The translations under genes and the position numbers were made by a program. The notes under the pieces were generated by a model. It saw only the letters and a program-made list of their open reading frames with translations. It was not told where the DNA came from and ran no database searches. Of a DNA stretch of 64,000 bases, positions 10,779 through 20,958 are shown piece by piece. The DNA comes from Bdellovibrionota bacterium. Its GTDB lineage: Bacteria > Bdellovibrionota_C > UBA2361 > CALJRW01. Each line of letters starts with the position of its first letter. Positions within the stretch are counted from its first letter, which is position 1. The DNA is taken from NCBI GenBank assembly GCA_041740355.1, contig JBGSMD010000039.1:39223-103222 (forward strand), written 5' to 3'.

Positions 10779-11417
10779 ATGTCTCAAAAAAATATTAAAC
10801 TATTAAGCCATACTTTCCTTCCACAAATCTCTCATCACTATCAGGAAATAATAGACTTAATTGGAGAAGACTCCTCACGCGAAGGATTAATTAAAACTCC
10901 GGAAAGAGCCTCTAAGGCAATCCAGTTTATGACGAGTGGCTACGAACAAGATGCCGAAGCAATCCTCAAATCAGCAATCTTTAAAGAAGAATATCGCAAC
11001 ATGGTAATCGTTAAGGACATTGAGTTTTACTCTCTATGCGAACATCACCTTTTACCCTTTTTTGGAAAAGCTCATGTTGCCTATATCCCTAATGGCCAAA
11101 TTGTAGGACTAAGTAAAATACCTCGAGTAATAGATGTATTTGCTAGACGACTTCAAGTTCAGGAAAGACTGACAAATGAAATTGTTACTTGCTTGCAAAA
11201 AACTTTAGAACCACTTGGAGTAGGAGTTATAATTGAAGCACAACATATGTGTATGATGATGCGTGGTGTACAAAAGCAAAATTCAATTACTAAAACAGCA
11301 GCCTTAACTGGAGTATTTGAAAGAGAAGAAGTTAGGATGGAATTCTTATCTTTAATTCAAAAAAAAGAATTGCAGAATATGCAAAAAACTAATCGGCGCA
11401 AAATTTTTAGGGAGTAG
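10779..11417 (+). CDS. folE: GTP cyclohydrolase I
   Basis: 212 aa. [19 protein letters not shown] and QERLT motifs. Confidence 0.9.
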   Translation: MSQKNIKLLSHTFLPQISHHYQEIIDLIGEDSSREGLIKTPERASKAIQFMTSGYEQDAEAILKSAIFKEEYRNMVIVKDIEFYSLCEHHLLPFFGKAHVAYIPNGQIVGLSKIPRVIDVFARRLQVQERLTNEIVTCLQKTLEPLGVGVIIEAQHMCMMMRGVQKQNSITKTAALTGVFEREEVRMEFLSLIQKKELQNMQKTNRRKIFRE

Positions 11418-12360
11418 CAATTTCTTGATACCACTTCCAGAATTTTGTTAGACCTTCCTCTAAATCAACCTTTGGTTGATAATCAAATAATTTTTGGGCC
11501 TTAGTAATATCAGCAAAAGTTCTAGGAACTTCACTCTGTGGGGTTGGCACATTTTTAATAATTGCGGCTTTGCCAATAACATTCTGGATGACTTGCATAA
11601 AATTATTTAAGGATACCGGATTACCTCGACCTAAGTTGACGATTTCGTAACCTTGCGGGCGATCAATTGCGGCAATAAAACCCTTAACTAAATCATCAAC
11701 GTATGTCCAATCTCTTTCCATCTCGCCTTGACCAAAAATTGGAATCTCTTCCTGATTAAGAATTGATTCTGTAACACGATATGGCATCATGTCGGGGCGA
11801 CCTTTCGGTCCGTAGACATTAAAGAAACGCAGAGATGTAAAATTTAACCCATGTATATTATTATAGGCATGTCCTAATAACTCAGCGGACTTTTTAGTGG
11901 CAGGATATGCTGCGAGTGGTGAATCGGATTGATCTGTTTCTTTAAAGGGAACAATGTCTCTCGCTCCATAGATCGAGCCAGTCGAGGCAAAAACAAAATT
12001 CTTAGCTTGATGTTCAACAGATAATTCTAAAAGGTTATTAGTTCCGGAAATATTTACATCAATAAAGACTTGTGGATTCTTTACAGAATAACGAACATTC
12101 GCCATGGCACCAAGATGGGCGACAACATCAGGCTGAAAACTTTCAAAGGCCTTGCTAAGCTTTAATCGATTACAAAAATCAAGCTCTGCTAGCAGGCAAT
12201 TTTCAAATGCTAATAATTCTTTAATATTACGACGTTTGAATTCTGGATTGTAATAATCGTTAAAATTATCAACTAAAAGTACGGAGTCACCCCGTTCCAA
12301 TAATTTTTGGGCAAGGCTGCTACCAATAAATCCAGCACCACCAGTAACGAGAATCTTCAC
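11407..12360 (-). CDS. UDP-glucuronate 4-epimerase-like SDR
   Basis: [10 protein letters not shown] followed by [16 protein letters not shown], the pattern typical of UDP-GlcA epimerases. YPATKKS catalytic motif. Confidence 0.65.
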   Translation of the reverse strand: MKILVTGGAGFIGSSLAQKLLERGDSVLLVDNFNDYYNPEFKRRNIKELLAFENCLLAELDFCNRLKLSKAFESFQPDVVAHLGAMANVRYSVKNPQVFIDVNISGTNNLLELSVEHQAKNFVFASTGSIYGARDIVPFKETDQSDSPLAAYPATKKSAELLGHAYNNIHGLNFTSLRFFNVYGPKGRPDMMPYRVTESILNQEEIPIFGQGEMERDWTYVDDLVKGFIAAIDRPQGYEIVNLGRGNPVSLNNFMQVIQNVIGKAAIIKNVPTPQSEVPRTFADITKAQKLFDYQPKVDLEEGLTKFWKWYQEIATP

Positions 12361-12363
12361 GTT

Positions 12364-13770
12364 CTACTTTTCCCACTCCGTATGAAAAGTTCCCTCAATA
12401 TCTTTTCGTTGGTAGGTGTGTGCACCAAAGAAATCACGCTGTGCCTGGGTTAAATTTTGTGGCAAATTAGCAGAACGATAACAATCATAATAAGATAAGG
12501 CTGTAGCCAGAGCCATTACTGGAACTCCACCTAAACAGGCATCGGATACAACTTTACGTAAACTTGGGATGTTTTTCTCTAATTCCTTAGTCATAAAATC
12601 CGCTAACATTAAATTAGCAATGTTTGGATTTGCTTGATAGGCTTTGGTAATATCACCTAGGAATTTAGCACGTATAATACAACCACCCTTCCAAAGAGCA
12701 GCAATCTCGTCAAGCTTTAAATCCCAGTGATATTGATTGGATGCTTCTTGTATAAGAGCCATTCCCTGAGCATAGGAAATAATCTTGGCCGCATACAAAG
12801 CATTGTGCACTTCGGCTGCAAATTTATCTTGATCCAAATCCGTTATTTGAGTTAAGGCCGGAAGAATCTTGGAGGCCACGACGCGCTGATCTTTAAAACT
12901 ACTTAATGTTCTAGCTGTAACAGCGGCGGCAATAGTCGGAACAGGTATACCAAGTTCTAAGGCAACTTCCGAAGTCCATTGTCCCGTTCCTTTTTGCCCG
13001 GCACGATCTAAGATTTTATCAACTAGAAATCCTTCCCCTTCCGGATCCTTAAATTTAAATATTTCAGTAGTAATTTCAATTAAGAATGAACTTAAAACAC
13101 CTTGATTCCATTTTTCAAAAGTTTTAGCGAGCTGTTCCGGTTTAAATCCAGCTAAGTCAGTTAAGGTTTGATAGCATTCGGCAATCAATTGCATGTCAGC
13201 ATATTCAATTCCATTACGTACCATCTTTACAAAATGACCTGCACCATCTGGACCAATATAATTAGTACATGGTCCATCGACATTGGCAGCAATTTTAGAA
13301 AACATCTCAGCAACTTTTTCCCAAGCATGTTTTGGTCCACCTGGCATAATACTTGGGCCATTTAATGCACCAGTTTCTCCACCAGAAATTCCTGCTCCAA
13401 TAAAATTAACCCCTATTTTAGCCAAAAGATCTACTCTTCTTTTAGTATCCTTAAACCAAGCATTACCTCCATCGATTAAGATATCACCAAGTTCTAAAAA
13501 GGGTGTTAAGCCTTGAATCACAGCATCCGTTGGTTCACCAGCTTTGACCATCAAGATAATCTTTCTTGGTTGTTGAATACTTTGGACAAATTCTTGTAAT
13601 CCTTCGGTACCAACAAATTTTAGATTAGAAAATTCTTCAATAAATTGCTCTGTGACGCTAGCAGTTCGGTTGCATACTGAAACCTGATATCCACGACTCT
13701 CTAAGTTACGTGCCAAATTTGAGCCCATTACGGCTAATCCATATAATCCAACATCTGATTTTTTTTGCAT
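12364..13770 (-). CDS. gnd: 6-phosphogluconate dehydrogenase, decarboxylating
   Basis: 468 aa. GLAVMGSNLARN N-terminus and full-length resemblance. Confidence 0.92.
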   Translation of the reverse strand: MQKKSDVGLYGLAVMGSNLARNLESRGYQVSVCNRTASVTEQFIEEFSNLKFVGTEGLQEFVQSIQQPRKIILMVKAGEPTDAVIQGLTPFLELGDILIDGGNAWFKDTKRRVDLLAKIGVNFIGAGISGGETGALNGPSIMPGGPKHAWEKVAEMFSKIAANVDGPCTNYIGPDGAGHFVKMVRNGIEYADMQLIAECYQTLTDLAGFKPEQLAKTFEKWNQGVLSSFLIEITTEIFKFKDPEGEGFLVDKILDRAGQKGTGQWTSEVALELGIPVPTIAAAVTARTLSSFKDQRVVASKILPALTQITDLDQDKFAAEVHNALYAAKIISYAQGMALIQEASNQYHWDLKLDEIAALWKGGCIIRAKFLGDITKAYQANPNIANLMLADFMTKELEKNIPSLRKVVSDACLGGVPVMALATALSYYDCYRSANLPQNLTQAQRDFFGAHTYQRKDIEGTFHTEWEK

Positions 13771-13842
13771 TATCTTATTCCCAAAAAATATTTGTGTATG
13801 AGTAGTCCCACCACTTAGTGCCTAAAGGCAGAATCAATTATA

Positions 13843-13982
13843 TAGTAAGTCCAAAAGTAATTTCCGTAGGGAATTACTTTTGGGGGCTTATATCCCCCGG
13901 TGGGATAATAAAATCATATAGTTGTGACAAAAATCACAAAACTTACTTTTAAATATTCGGAAAGTATTTTTTGTCATAACTA
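13843..13982. mobile_element. MITE, family A copy (about 140 bp) flanked by TA
   Basis: Near-identical copy at 47888-48029. Ends are tagtaagtcc ... ttgtcataacta, with internal hairpins. It sits 7 bp downstream of the phosphatase stop. Confidence 0.75.
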
Positions 13983-13989
13983 TAAGTTC

Positions 13990-14733
13990 TTAGCTGGACG
14001 TTTGTAACTCTAGAACTTCAACCCTTTTTTTACCTGATTTAACTTGAAAAACCAAATTCTGAGTTAGCTCCACGCAGCTAAGCATGTTTCCATAAACTAG
14101 CCCCGTATCTATCCCTAGCTTACTAGGATAATCATTAAAAATTGTTTTGAATGGTGTATGACCAAATACTATTGTTTTATCAAATGAGTGTTGGCTCATA
14201 ATAAATTCATCCCGAATCCAAAACAAATCTTCATCTCGCTGTGAAGTTAAATCTCGCAGTGGATTTAATCCAGCATGCGCCACGATAAATTTATCGTAAC
14301 AAACAATCTTTCTTAAATTTTGAAAGAACTCAATGTGATTTGGGGGAAACTTGGCAAAGATTTCATTAACATCATCTTTTTGATCAAATCCATAACTAAT
14401 TAATGTTTGGGCTCCCCCATTTCTAATAAAATTAGCTCCGAATGTCCCGCCTAGTCCCATGAAATCTAAAAACATATCTTCATGATTTCCCTTTAGAAAC
14501 TTAGTATTTGGAAAATCTTTGGCAAAATCGATTAAAAAATTTACCAGTGAGCAAGATTCATAGCCACGATCAATATAATCCCCAACAAAGACAACTTGAT
14601 CTGACTGATTTAAAGTTTGTTTTTTCTGAAGATGATCTAATAAGCTAGCTGTCTCTGATAATGTGCCATGAAGATCTCCAACAACAAAAAGTCTTCCTTC
14701 ATATGTTTCAATTTTACTTACTTGATCATTCAC
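13990..14733 (-). CDS. PPP-family metallophosphoesterase (Ser/Thr phosphatase / ApaH-like)
   Basis: GDLHG, GDYIDRG, GNHE and GHTP motifs in canonical order. Confidence 0.8.
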   Translation of the reverse strand: MNDQVSKIETYEGRLFVVGDLHGTLSETASLLDHLQKKQTLNQSDQVVFVGDYIDRGYESCSLVNFLIDFAKDFPNTKFLKGNHEDMFLDFMGLGGTFGANFIRNGGAQTLISYGFDQKDDVNEIFAKFPPNHIEFFQNLRKIVCYDKFIVAHAGLNPLRDLTSQRDEDLFWIRDEFIMSQHSFDKTIVFGHTPFKTIFNDYPSKLGIDTGLVYGNMLSCVELTQNLVFQVKSGKKRVEVLELQTSS

Positions 14734-14797
14734 AATAATTACCTTTCATCTGGACAGAGCTAGGGCAGATTAATACACTACTTTAAATTAATCTAGA

Positions 14798-16603
14798 CTA
14801 TTCCTCATTCAACCTTAAAACAGCTAGAAATGCCTCCTGCGGAATCTCCACTTTACCGACACTCTTCATCCGTTTTTTACCTTTTTTCTGCTTGTCCAAC
14901 AATTTACGCTTTCGACTAATGTCACCGCCATAGCACTTTGCTGTTACATTTTTACGTAATGCTTTAACCGTACTTCGAGCAATAATCTTAGCTCCGATGG
15001 CAGCTTGGATTGCAACATCAAACATCTGTCGATCAATAATTTCTTCCAATTTTTCAGTAAGAATTTTTCCTCGGTGAAATGCTTGATCCCGGTGAATAAT
15101 AATTGATAAGGCATCAACATTTTCCCCATTAAGCTTAATATCAAGCTTAACAAGATTATCTTGGCGATAGCTCTTAACTTCATAATCAAATGAAGCATAA
15201 CCACGAGTTCGACTCTTAACACGATCATGAAAATCTAAGATTACTTCACTAAGTGGTAATTCATAAACTAAAACAGCACGAGTCTCACCAAAAAAATCCA
15301 TACTAATTTGAATTCCACGCTTTTCTTCGCAGAGTTTAATTAGATTACCTAAATATTCCTTAGGCGAGTGAATTGTAACATGAGCAATAGGTTCTTCAAT
15401 AAAATCAATATCTCCTGGATCGGGCATCTTAATCGGAGTATCGACATTAATGACTGTTCCGTCATTATGTCTTACTCGGTAAACAACACTTGGCGCCGTT
15501 GTAATTAGATCTAATAAAAATTCACGCTCTAATCGCTCTTGAATAATTTCCATGTGCAAGAGTCCGAGATATCCACAACGAAAACCAAATCCTAAAGCAA
15601 CAGAACTCTCTGGTTCAAAAGTAAAAGAGGCATCATTTAAACTAAGTTTTTCAAGCGCCGTTCTTAAGCTTTCATAATCAGCAGCATCAATCGGAAAAAG
15701 TCCACCAAAAACCATTGGCTTAACTTCTTTATATCCAGGTAATGCTTCCACTTCAGCTTTTGCAAATGTAACGGTGTCTCCAATCTTTACATCATGTAGA
15801 TCTTTGATTGAGGCTGATAAGTAACCAACTTCGCCGGAAGATAGACTAGCAACTTCTTTAGCATGCGGAGTGAACATCCCAAGTTTATAAACTTCGTATT
15901 CCGCACCGGTTTGAATAAATTTAATTTTATCACCCTTTTTGATTGCCCCATCAAAAACTCGTACTTGAATTAAGACACCAAGATAGGAATCAAACCATGA
16001 ATCATAAACTAGAGCTCTTAGTGGTGCATTAACATCCCCTCGAGTTGGAGGTGGGACTCTTTTAACAATAGCTTCCAACATTTCTTCAATCCCGATTCCA
16101 GTTTTACCACTTACATGTAGGGCTTCACTGGCATCGATTCCGATCACATTCTCAATTTCTTCAGCAACACGATCAGGATCCGCACTATTTAAATCAATTT
16201 TGTTAAGTGCTGGAATAATTTCTAAATTATTATCAATTGCTAAGTAAACATTGGCCAAAGTTTGCGCTTCTACACCTTGAGTAGCATCAACAACTAACAA
16301 TGCTCCCTCACAGGCAGAGAGACTTCGGGAAACTTCATAACTAAAATCAACGTGCCCAGGAGTATCAATTAAGTTCAAACGGTAAGTAATTCCATCTTTC
16401 GCTGGATAATTAATACAAACTGTTTGAGCTTTAATAGTAATCCCACGCTCTCTCTCAATATCCATTTTATCTAAAAATTGAGATTGCATTTCCCTAGAAG
16501 TTAGCGCTTTGGTAAATTCCAAAATTCGATCAGCGAGTGTCGACTTACCATGGTCGATGTGGGCTATGATACTGAAGTTACGTATTAGTGATTTATTGTA
16601 CAT
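14798..16603 (-). CDS. lepA: translation elongation factor 4
   Basis: 601 aa. [21 protein letters not shown]1 motif, [12 protein letters not shown], and a LepA-specific C-terminal domain. Confidence 0.95.
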   Translation of the reverse strand: MYNKSLIRNFSIIAHIDHGKSTLADRILEFTKALTSREMQSQFLDKMDIERERGITIKAQTVCINYPAKDGITYRLNLIDTPGHVDFSYEVSRSLSACEGALLVVDATQGVEAQTLANVYLAIDNNLEIIPALNKIDLNSADPDRVAEEIENVIGIDASEALHVSGKTGIGIEEMLEAIVKRVPPPTRGDVNAPLRALVYDSWFDSYLGVLIQVRVFDGAIKKGDKIKFIQTGAEYEVYKLGMFTPHAKEVASLSSGEVGYLSASIKDLHDVKIGDTVTFAKAEVEALPGYKEVKPMVFGGLFPIDAADYESLRTALEKLSLNDASFTFEPESSVALGFGFRCGYLGLLHMEIIQERLEREFLLDLITTAPSVVYRVRHNDGTVINVDTPIKMPDPGDIDFIEEPIAHVTIHSPKEYLGNLIKLCEEKRGIQISMDFFGETRAVLVYELPLSEVILDFHDRVKSRTRGYASFDYEVKSYRQDNLVKLDIKLNGENVDALSIIIHRDQAFHRGKILTEKLEEIIDRQMFDVAIQAAIGAKIIARSTVKALRKNVTAKCYGGDISRKRKLLDKQKKGKKRMKSVGKVEIPQEAFLAVLRLNEE

Positions 16604-16607
16604 ACTA

Positions 16608-16709
16608 CTAGGAAAAAAATGCTGTTTGCTCGTTTAAGCGTTTGAAATTTTTACAAAAAATTTCATCGGCAATGATACTGAAGTTACGAATGAGACTCTT
16701 ATTATACAT
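16608..16709 (-). CDS. 33-codon upstream ORF duplicating LepA residues 1-14
   Basis: Manual translation gives [33 protein letters not shown]. Its TAG stop lies 4 nt before the lepA ATG. Whether it is translated is unknown. Confidence 0.4.
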   Translation of the reverse strand: MYNKSLIRNFSIIADEIFCKNFKRLNEQTAFFS

Positions 16710-16791
16710 ATGGGTACAAAACTATATTCTTGGCATTTAAAGCATTTCAAGTTAACGAGTGCGAAATGATATCACAACTAGTAATTTAGTG

Positions 16792-16913
16792 TAAGCTTTC
16801 AAGTTTATTCGAGTTCTAGGAAGAAGGTTCTTCTCAAGCGCAGCTGTACTTGGAGTACAGCGAGCATTGAGAGGGTTCTTCTGACGTCGAAATCGGATAA
16901 AATTGAAAGCTTA
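16792..16913. repeat. 122-bp long imperfect palindrome overlapping the stop codon of the upstream epimerase gene
   Basis: Outer arms taagctttcaa / ttgaaagctta are perfect over 11 bp. Inner pairings are gaagaa/ttcttc, ctcaa/ttgag and gtacagc arms around the apex ttgga at 16850-16854. Confidence 0.6.
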
Positions 16914-17831
16914 CTGATGACTGGCAAACCACTGATAAGTGTCTTGAAGTCCGGAGGCTAAATCTAATTTTGGAGACCAGCCCAGTAATTCTTTAGCTCT
17001 TGTGGAGGTAATTACACTGCGTTCCTGATCCCCTGCTCTTTGAGGCCCATAACTGGCTGGAATATTAAAGTTACCAGCTTTTATAATTTGCTGGTAAAGT
17101 TCATTTACTGAAGTTTCAATTCCAGTGCCAATATTGAAAGTATTAGTTATCCGTTGCTCTATAACAGATTCAATTGCCGAAACAACATCTAAGACATTCA
17201 CATAATCTCTAGTAAATTTACCTGTGCCATTTATTGTTGGAATTTCACCACTAAGTAACTTCTTCAAAAATATTGCTACAACTCCAGCTTCACCATGAGG
17301 ATTTTGTCGAGGTCCATAAACATTAGCTAAGCGCAAAACTGCATACTTGAGTCCATAAACTCTCTGCCAAAGTGCTAAGTATTGCTCCACCACTGCTTTT
17401 GACTGACCATAAACACTTGTTGGTCGTAAAGCATGATCTTCTGGTGCAGGAAAAACATCTTGTTCTCCATATAGAGCACCACCAGTGGAAATAAAAACAA
17501 AGAAAGGAAAATTATGTTTATCTAAGGCATTCAGTAAGTTTACAGTACCTTGCACATTGACTTTCACATCATGCAAAGGATCTTTCATGCTATCACTTAC
17601 GGACATCTGAGCAGCTGTGTGAATAATAATATCTGGCTTAAAATACTTTATGGTATGAGCCGCTTCGGCATCGCAAATATCTTGTTGGAAAAACTGTGCC
17701 CGATCAGACAAATTATCAAGTGACCCGCTAGACAGATCGTCAATCACTGCAACTTCAAAGTTTTTTGCAACTAAACGATCCACTACATGCGAACCAATAA
17801 ACCCTGCTCCTCCAGTAACTAATGCTCTCAT
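16911..17831 (-). CDS. NAD-dependent sugar epimerase (GalE-like)
   Basis: 306 aa. [12 protein letters not shown] and YGQSK motifs. Substrate not assignable by eye. Confidence 0.7.
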   Translation of the reverse strand: MRALVTGGAGFIGSHVVDRLVAKNFEVAVIDDLSSGSLDNLSDRAQFFQQDICDAEAAHTIKYFKPDIIIHTAAQMSVSDSMKDPLHDVKVNVQGTVNLLNALDKHNFPFFVFISTGGALYGEQDVFPAPEDHALRPTSVYGQSKAVVEQYLALWQRVYGLKYAVLRLANVYGPRQNPHGEAGVVAIFLKKLLSGEIPTINGTGKFTRDYVNVLDVVSAIESVIEQRITNTFNIGTGIETSVNELYQQIIKAGNFNIPASYGPQRAGDQERSVITSTRAKELLGWSPKLDLASGLQDTYQWFASHQ

Positions 17832-18760
17832 TACATTCTTGCTTTAAAATCACTAATTGTTTTGCCTAATCCGGTTTCTAAATTAATAACTGGCTCCCAA
17901 GCAAGTTCACTCTTAGCTAAACTAATATCAGGCTTACGACGCATTGGGTCATTCACTCGAAAATCTTGATAAACAAGTTCGGACTTGCTTTCGGTCATAG
18001 CAATTACTTGCTGAGCTAATTCTAAAATAGTCATCTCCTTAGGATTTCCTAAATTCACAGGTCCACTAAAACCATCTTTATTCATCGTCGCAATAATTCC
18101 ATTTACTAAATCACTACAGTAACAAAAAGACCTAGTCTGCGATCCATCACCATGAATTTCAATTTTTTCATTATTAAGCGCTTTCACAATAAAATTAGAA
18201 ACTACTCGACCATCATCAAATAACATCCGTGGACCATAAGTATTAAAAATACGAATAATTTTGGCATCTACACCATTATGAATTCGGTAATCATTAGTTA
18301 ATGTTTCCGCCACACGCTTCCCTTCATCATAACAACTTCTTGGACCAACTGTATTTACATTTCCATAATATGATTCACGTTGAGGGTGCTCTAGCGGATC
18401 GCCATAAACTTCAGAGGTCGAAGCCATTAAAAATTTTGCGCCAACGCGCTTGGCAAGTCCCAACATATTGATCGTCCCAATTACACTAGTTTTAATAGTC
18501 TTAATTGGGTTGTATTGATAATGAACAGGTGATGCTGGACAGGCCATGTGATAAATCTCATCAACTTCTAGCAAAATTGGCAATGTTACATCATGACGAA
18601 TAAATTCAAATTTAGAGCTTTTTTCAGCATCAACTAAATTTATTTTTCTTCCCGTAAATAGGTTATCCAAAGCTAGTACTTCATGACCTTGCGATAAAAG
18701 CTGATCACATAAGTGTGAACCAATAAAACCGGCTCCACCGGTAACTAGTATTCTTGACAT
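17831..18760 (-). CDS. uxs: UDP-glucuronate decarboxylase (UDP-xylose synthase)
   Basis: 309 aa. [12 protein letters not shown]...[11 protein letters not shown] and YDEGKR motifs typical of UXS. Confidence 0.8.
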   Translation of the reverse strand: MSRILVTGGAGFIGSHLCDQLLSQGHEVLALDNLFTGRKINLVDAEKSSKFEFIRHDVTLPILLEVDEIYHMACPASPVHYQYNPIKTIKTSVIGTINMLGLAKRVGAKFLMASTSEVYGDPLEHPQRESYYGNVNTVGPRSCYDEGKRVAETLTNDYRIHNGVDAKIIRIFNTYGPRMLFDDGRVVSNFIVKALNNEKIEIHGDGSQTRSFCYCSDLVNGIIATMNKDGFSGPVNLGNPKEMTILELAQQVIAMTESKSELVYQDFRVNDPMRRKPDISLAKSELAWEPVINLETGLGKTISDFKARM

Positions 18761-18764
18761 TGAA

Positions 18765-20090
18765 TTAAACTCCTAAAACTGTTGCGCGACCGATAGAATG
18801 ATATGTTAAACCAAAATTGGCAACCATCTCGGGATCAAATAAATTTCTGCCGTCAAACATCACTTTGTCTTTAACCTTACTTGCTATTATCTTAAAATCC
18901 GGATTACGAAATTCGTTCCATTCAGTACATACAATTAAGGCATCAACATTTTCTAATGCTTGATAACTTTGCTCAAAATAGCTGATGGCATCGTTTTGCC
19001 CAAAGTATTCAGGGAATGTTTTTAGTGCTTCCGGATCGTATGCTTGAATCTTAGCTCCACGACCAATAAGTTCACGACAAATTGTTTGGGCAGGAGCTTC
19101 TCGCACATCATCTGTCTGTGGTTTGAAAGCTAAGCCCCAAACAGCGAATGTCTTGCCACAGATTTTTTCATTACCATAGTGACTTAAGATTTTTTTAATA
19201 ATCAACTGCTTTTGTAAATAATTCACATCCTCCACCGCCGTAGCAATTTTAAGATCCACTCCATTATCCTTAGCAGTTCTAACTAAAGCCTGAACATCTT
19301 TTGGAAAACAAGAGCCCCCGTAACCAATACCTGGAAAAAGAAAGCTCATCCCAATTCGAGCATCTGTTCCCATGCCAAGTCTAACTTTAGTAACATCAGC
19401 GCCAACTTTTTCGCAAAGCAGAGAAATCTCATTCATAAATGAGATTCGCGTTGCTAACATGGCATTGGCGGCATACTTAGTCATTTCAGCGGAAGCAACA
19501 TCCATGAAAATTATTGGATTGTTAGTTCTAACAAAAGGAGCATAAAGCTCTTTCATGATTTTAGTAGCTCGCTCACTTTCCACGCCGACTACAACTCGGT
19601 CAGGCTTTAAAAAATCATCAAGTGCAGCTCCTTCCTTAAGAAACTCAGGATTAGAGACAACATCAAATTCTTGATCACTGTATTCCGCAATTACAGCTTT
19701 AACTTTGGCCGCAGTTCCAACTGGTACCGTTGATTTATCAACAATAACTTTATATCCATTAAGATTCTTCCCAATTCCTTCCGCAACTTTTAGAACATGT
19801 TGTAAATCAGCCGCACCATCTTCATCTTGTGGCGTACCAACAGCGACAAATATTACGGTAGAATCTTCAACGCCTTTTTTTAGATTACTTGTAAAAGTTA
19901 AACGCTTTTTACCAATATTCCTAGCTAATAAATCACTTAGTCCTGGCTCATAAATTGGACATTCGCCATTATTCAATTTGGCAATTTTATCTTCATTGAT
20001 ATCAACACCGATAACCTGATTACCATGCTCCGCAAAACAAGCAGCAGCGACTAAACCAACATATCCACTTCCGATAACACAAATATTCAC
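18765..20090 (-). CDS. ugd: UDP-glucose 6-dehydrogenase
   Basis: [12 protein letters not shown] Rossmann motif and catalytic GGSCFPKD. The ORF-track start (TTG at 20129) adds 13 unlikely residues; GTG at 20090 directly precedes the conserved N-terminus. Confidence 0.88.
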   Translation of the reverse strand: MNICVIGSGYVGLVAAACFAEHGNQVIGVDINEDKIAKLNNGECPIYEPGLSDLLARNIGKKRLTFTSNLKKGVEDSTVIFVAVGTPQDEDGAADLQHVLKVAEGIGKNLNGYKVIVDKSTVPVGTAAKVKAVIAEYSDQEFDVVSNPEFLKEGAALDDFLKPDRVVVGVESERATKIMKELYAPFVRTNNPIIFMDVASAEMTKYAANAMLATRISFMNEISLLCEKVGADVTKVRLGMGTDARIGMSFLFPGIGYGGSCFPKDVQALVRTAKDNGVDLKIATAVEDVNYLQKQLIIKKILSHYGNEKICGKTFAVWGLAFKPQTDDVREAPAQTICRELIGRGAKIQAYDPEALKTFPEYFGQNDAISYFEQSYQALENVDALIVCTEWNEFRNPDFKIIASKVKDKVMFDGRNLFDPEMVANFGLTYHSIGRATVLGV

Positions 20091-20372
20091 GGGCCCCCCA
20101 AAGTAGTTCGAATAAATCAGCAAAATCAATCGCTTACTGATTTTTTCTAAACCGTAATAAATCTTTGTTAATTTATTACACTTTTTTACAGATAGTGGCT
20201 AGTAGTCTGCTTTTTTGTCTTTGACTGCTAATTATTGGTTTTTCTAGCATATCTCAATTTAGTTTATTCCCCATTTTTTAAATTTTAAGAACAACTAAAA
20301 GCCACTATTTTCGATTCACAAGTGCAAATTAAGTAACTCCATTATTGAATAATAGATACGGAATAAACTATA

Positions 20373-20726
20373 ATGAAATTTAAAGAGATGATAAAGCTAA
20401 TTGAAGCAGATGGTTGGATTTTAGTAAGAACAAAAGGTAGTCATCAGCAATTTAAACATCCAGTTAAAAATGGAATTGTGACTGTTGCTGGTAAAGGTAT
20501 TTCCGAGATTGCACCAGGAACATTATAGTGAGTCCAAAAAATAAATTACTTTAAAAGACTATCGACTTTGCTTGGACTCACTATTTATGTTGTTTTTAGC
20601 TATGCAAACTTGGATAAAACCAAGATTTGCATTAGCCGTAATGACTCTGTTCAATTTACTAACGTAAATTGTCTTGTCTTTACTATAAACAGCATACTTA
20701 AACAAGCAGGACTGAAAAATGATTAA
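20373..20726 (+). pseudogene. hicA: hicA toxin gene split by MITE insertion
   Basis: 20373-20528 encodes MKFKEMIKLIEADGWILVRTKGSHQQFKHPVKNGIVTVAGKGISEIAPGTL, then a TAG supplied by the element. 20688-20726 encodes the missing tail NSILKQAGLKND-stop in the same frame. Confidence 0.85.
20526..20685. mobile_element. MITE, family B copy (160 bp) with TA target duplication, inserted in hicA
   Basis: TA at 20524-20525 and 20686-20687. Removing the element plus one TA restores gga aca tta aac agc (GTLNS). A second copy lies at 50605-50765. Confidence 0.85.
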
Positions 20727-20940
20727 AAAATATTTAGTAATTATTGAAGAAACAAACACCGGATATTCCGCTTATTGCCCTGATTTACCAGGATGCATTG
20801 CCACTGGAAAGACTAATCGAGAAGTTGAAAAAAACATGACCGAAGCAATTGAATTTCATTTAAAAGGTTTAATAAACAATGGTTTCAGAATTCCTATACC
20901 TAAGAGTTACTCAACCTATCATGAAGTTAAAGCAGCCTAA
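20719..20940 (+). CDS. hicB: HicB-family antitoxin
   Basis: 73 aa. YSAYCPDLPGCIATGKTNREVEKNMTEAIEFHL matches the HicB/UPF0150 fold pattern. Its ATG overlaps the ancestral hicA stop (aATGatTAA). Confidence 0.8.
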   Translation: MIKKYLVIIEETNTGYSAYCPDLPGCIATGKTNREVEKNMTEAIEFHLKGLINNGFRIPIPKSYSTYHEVKAA

Positions 20941-20958
20941 AATCAAATGACCTAATCA

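Noticed and set aside
20559-20759. 66-aa minus-strand ORF between hicA and hicB.
   Set aside because: It lies almost entirely inside the MITE, whose second copy at 50605-50765 does not maintain the frame, and it overlaps the hicB start. No coding signal.
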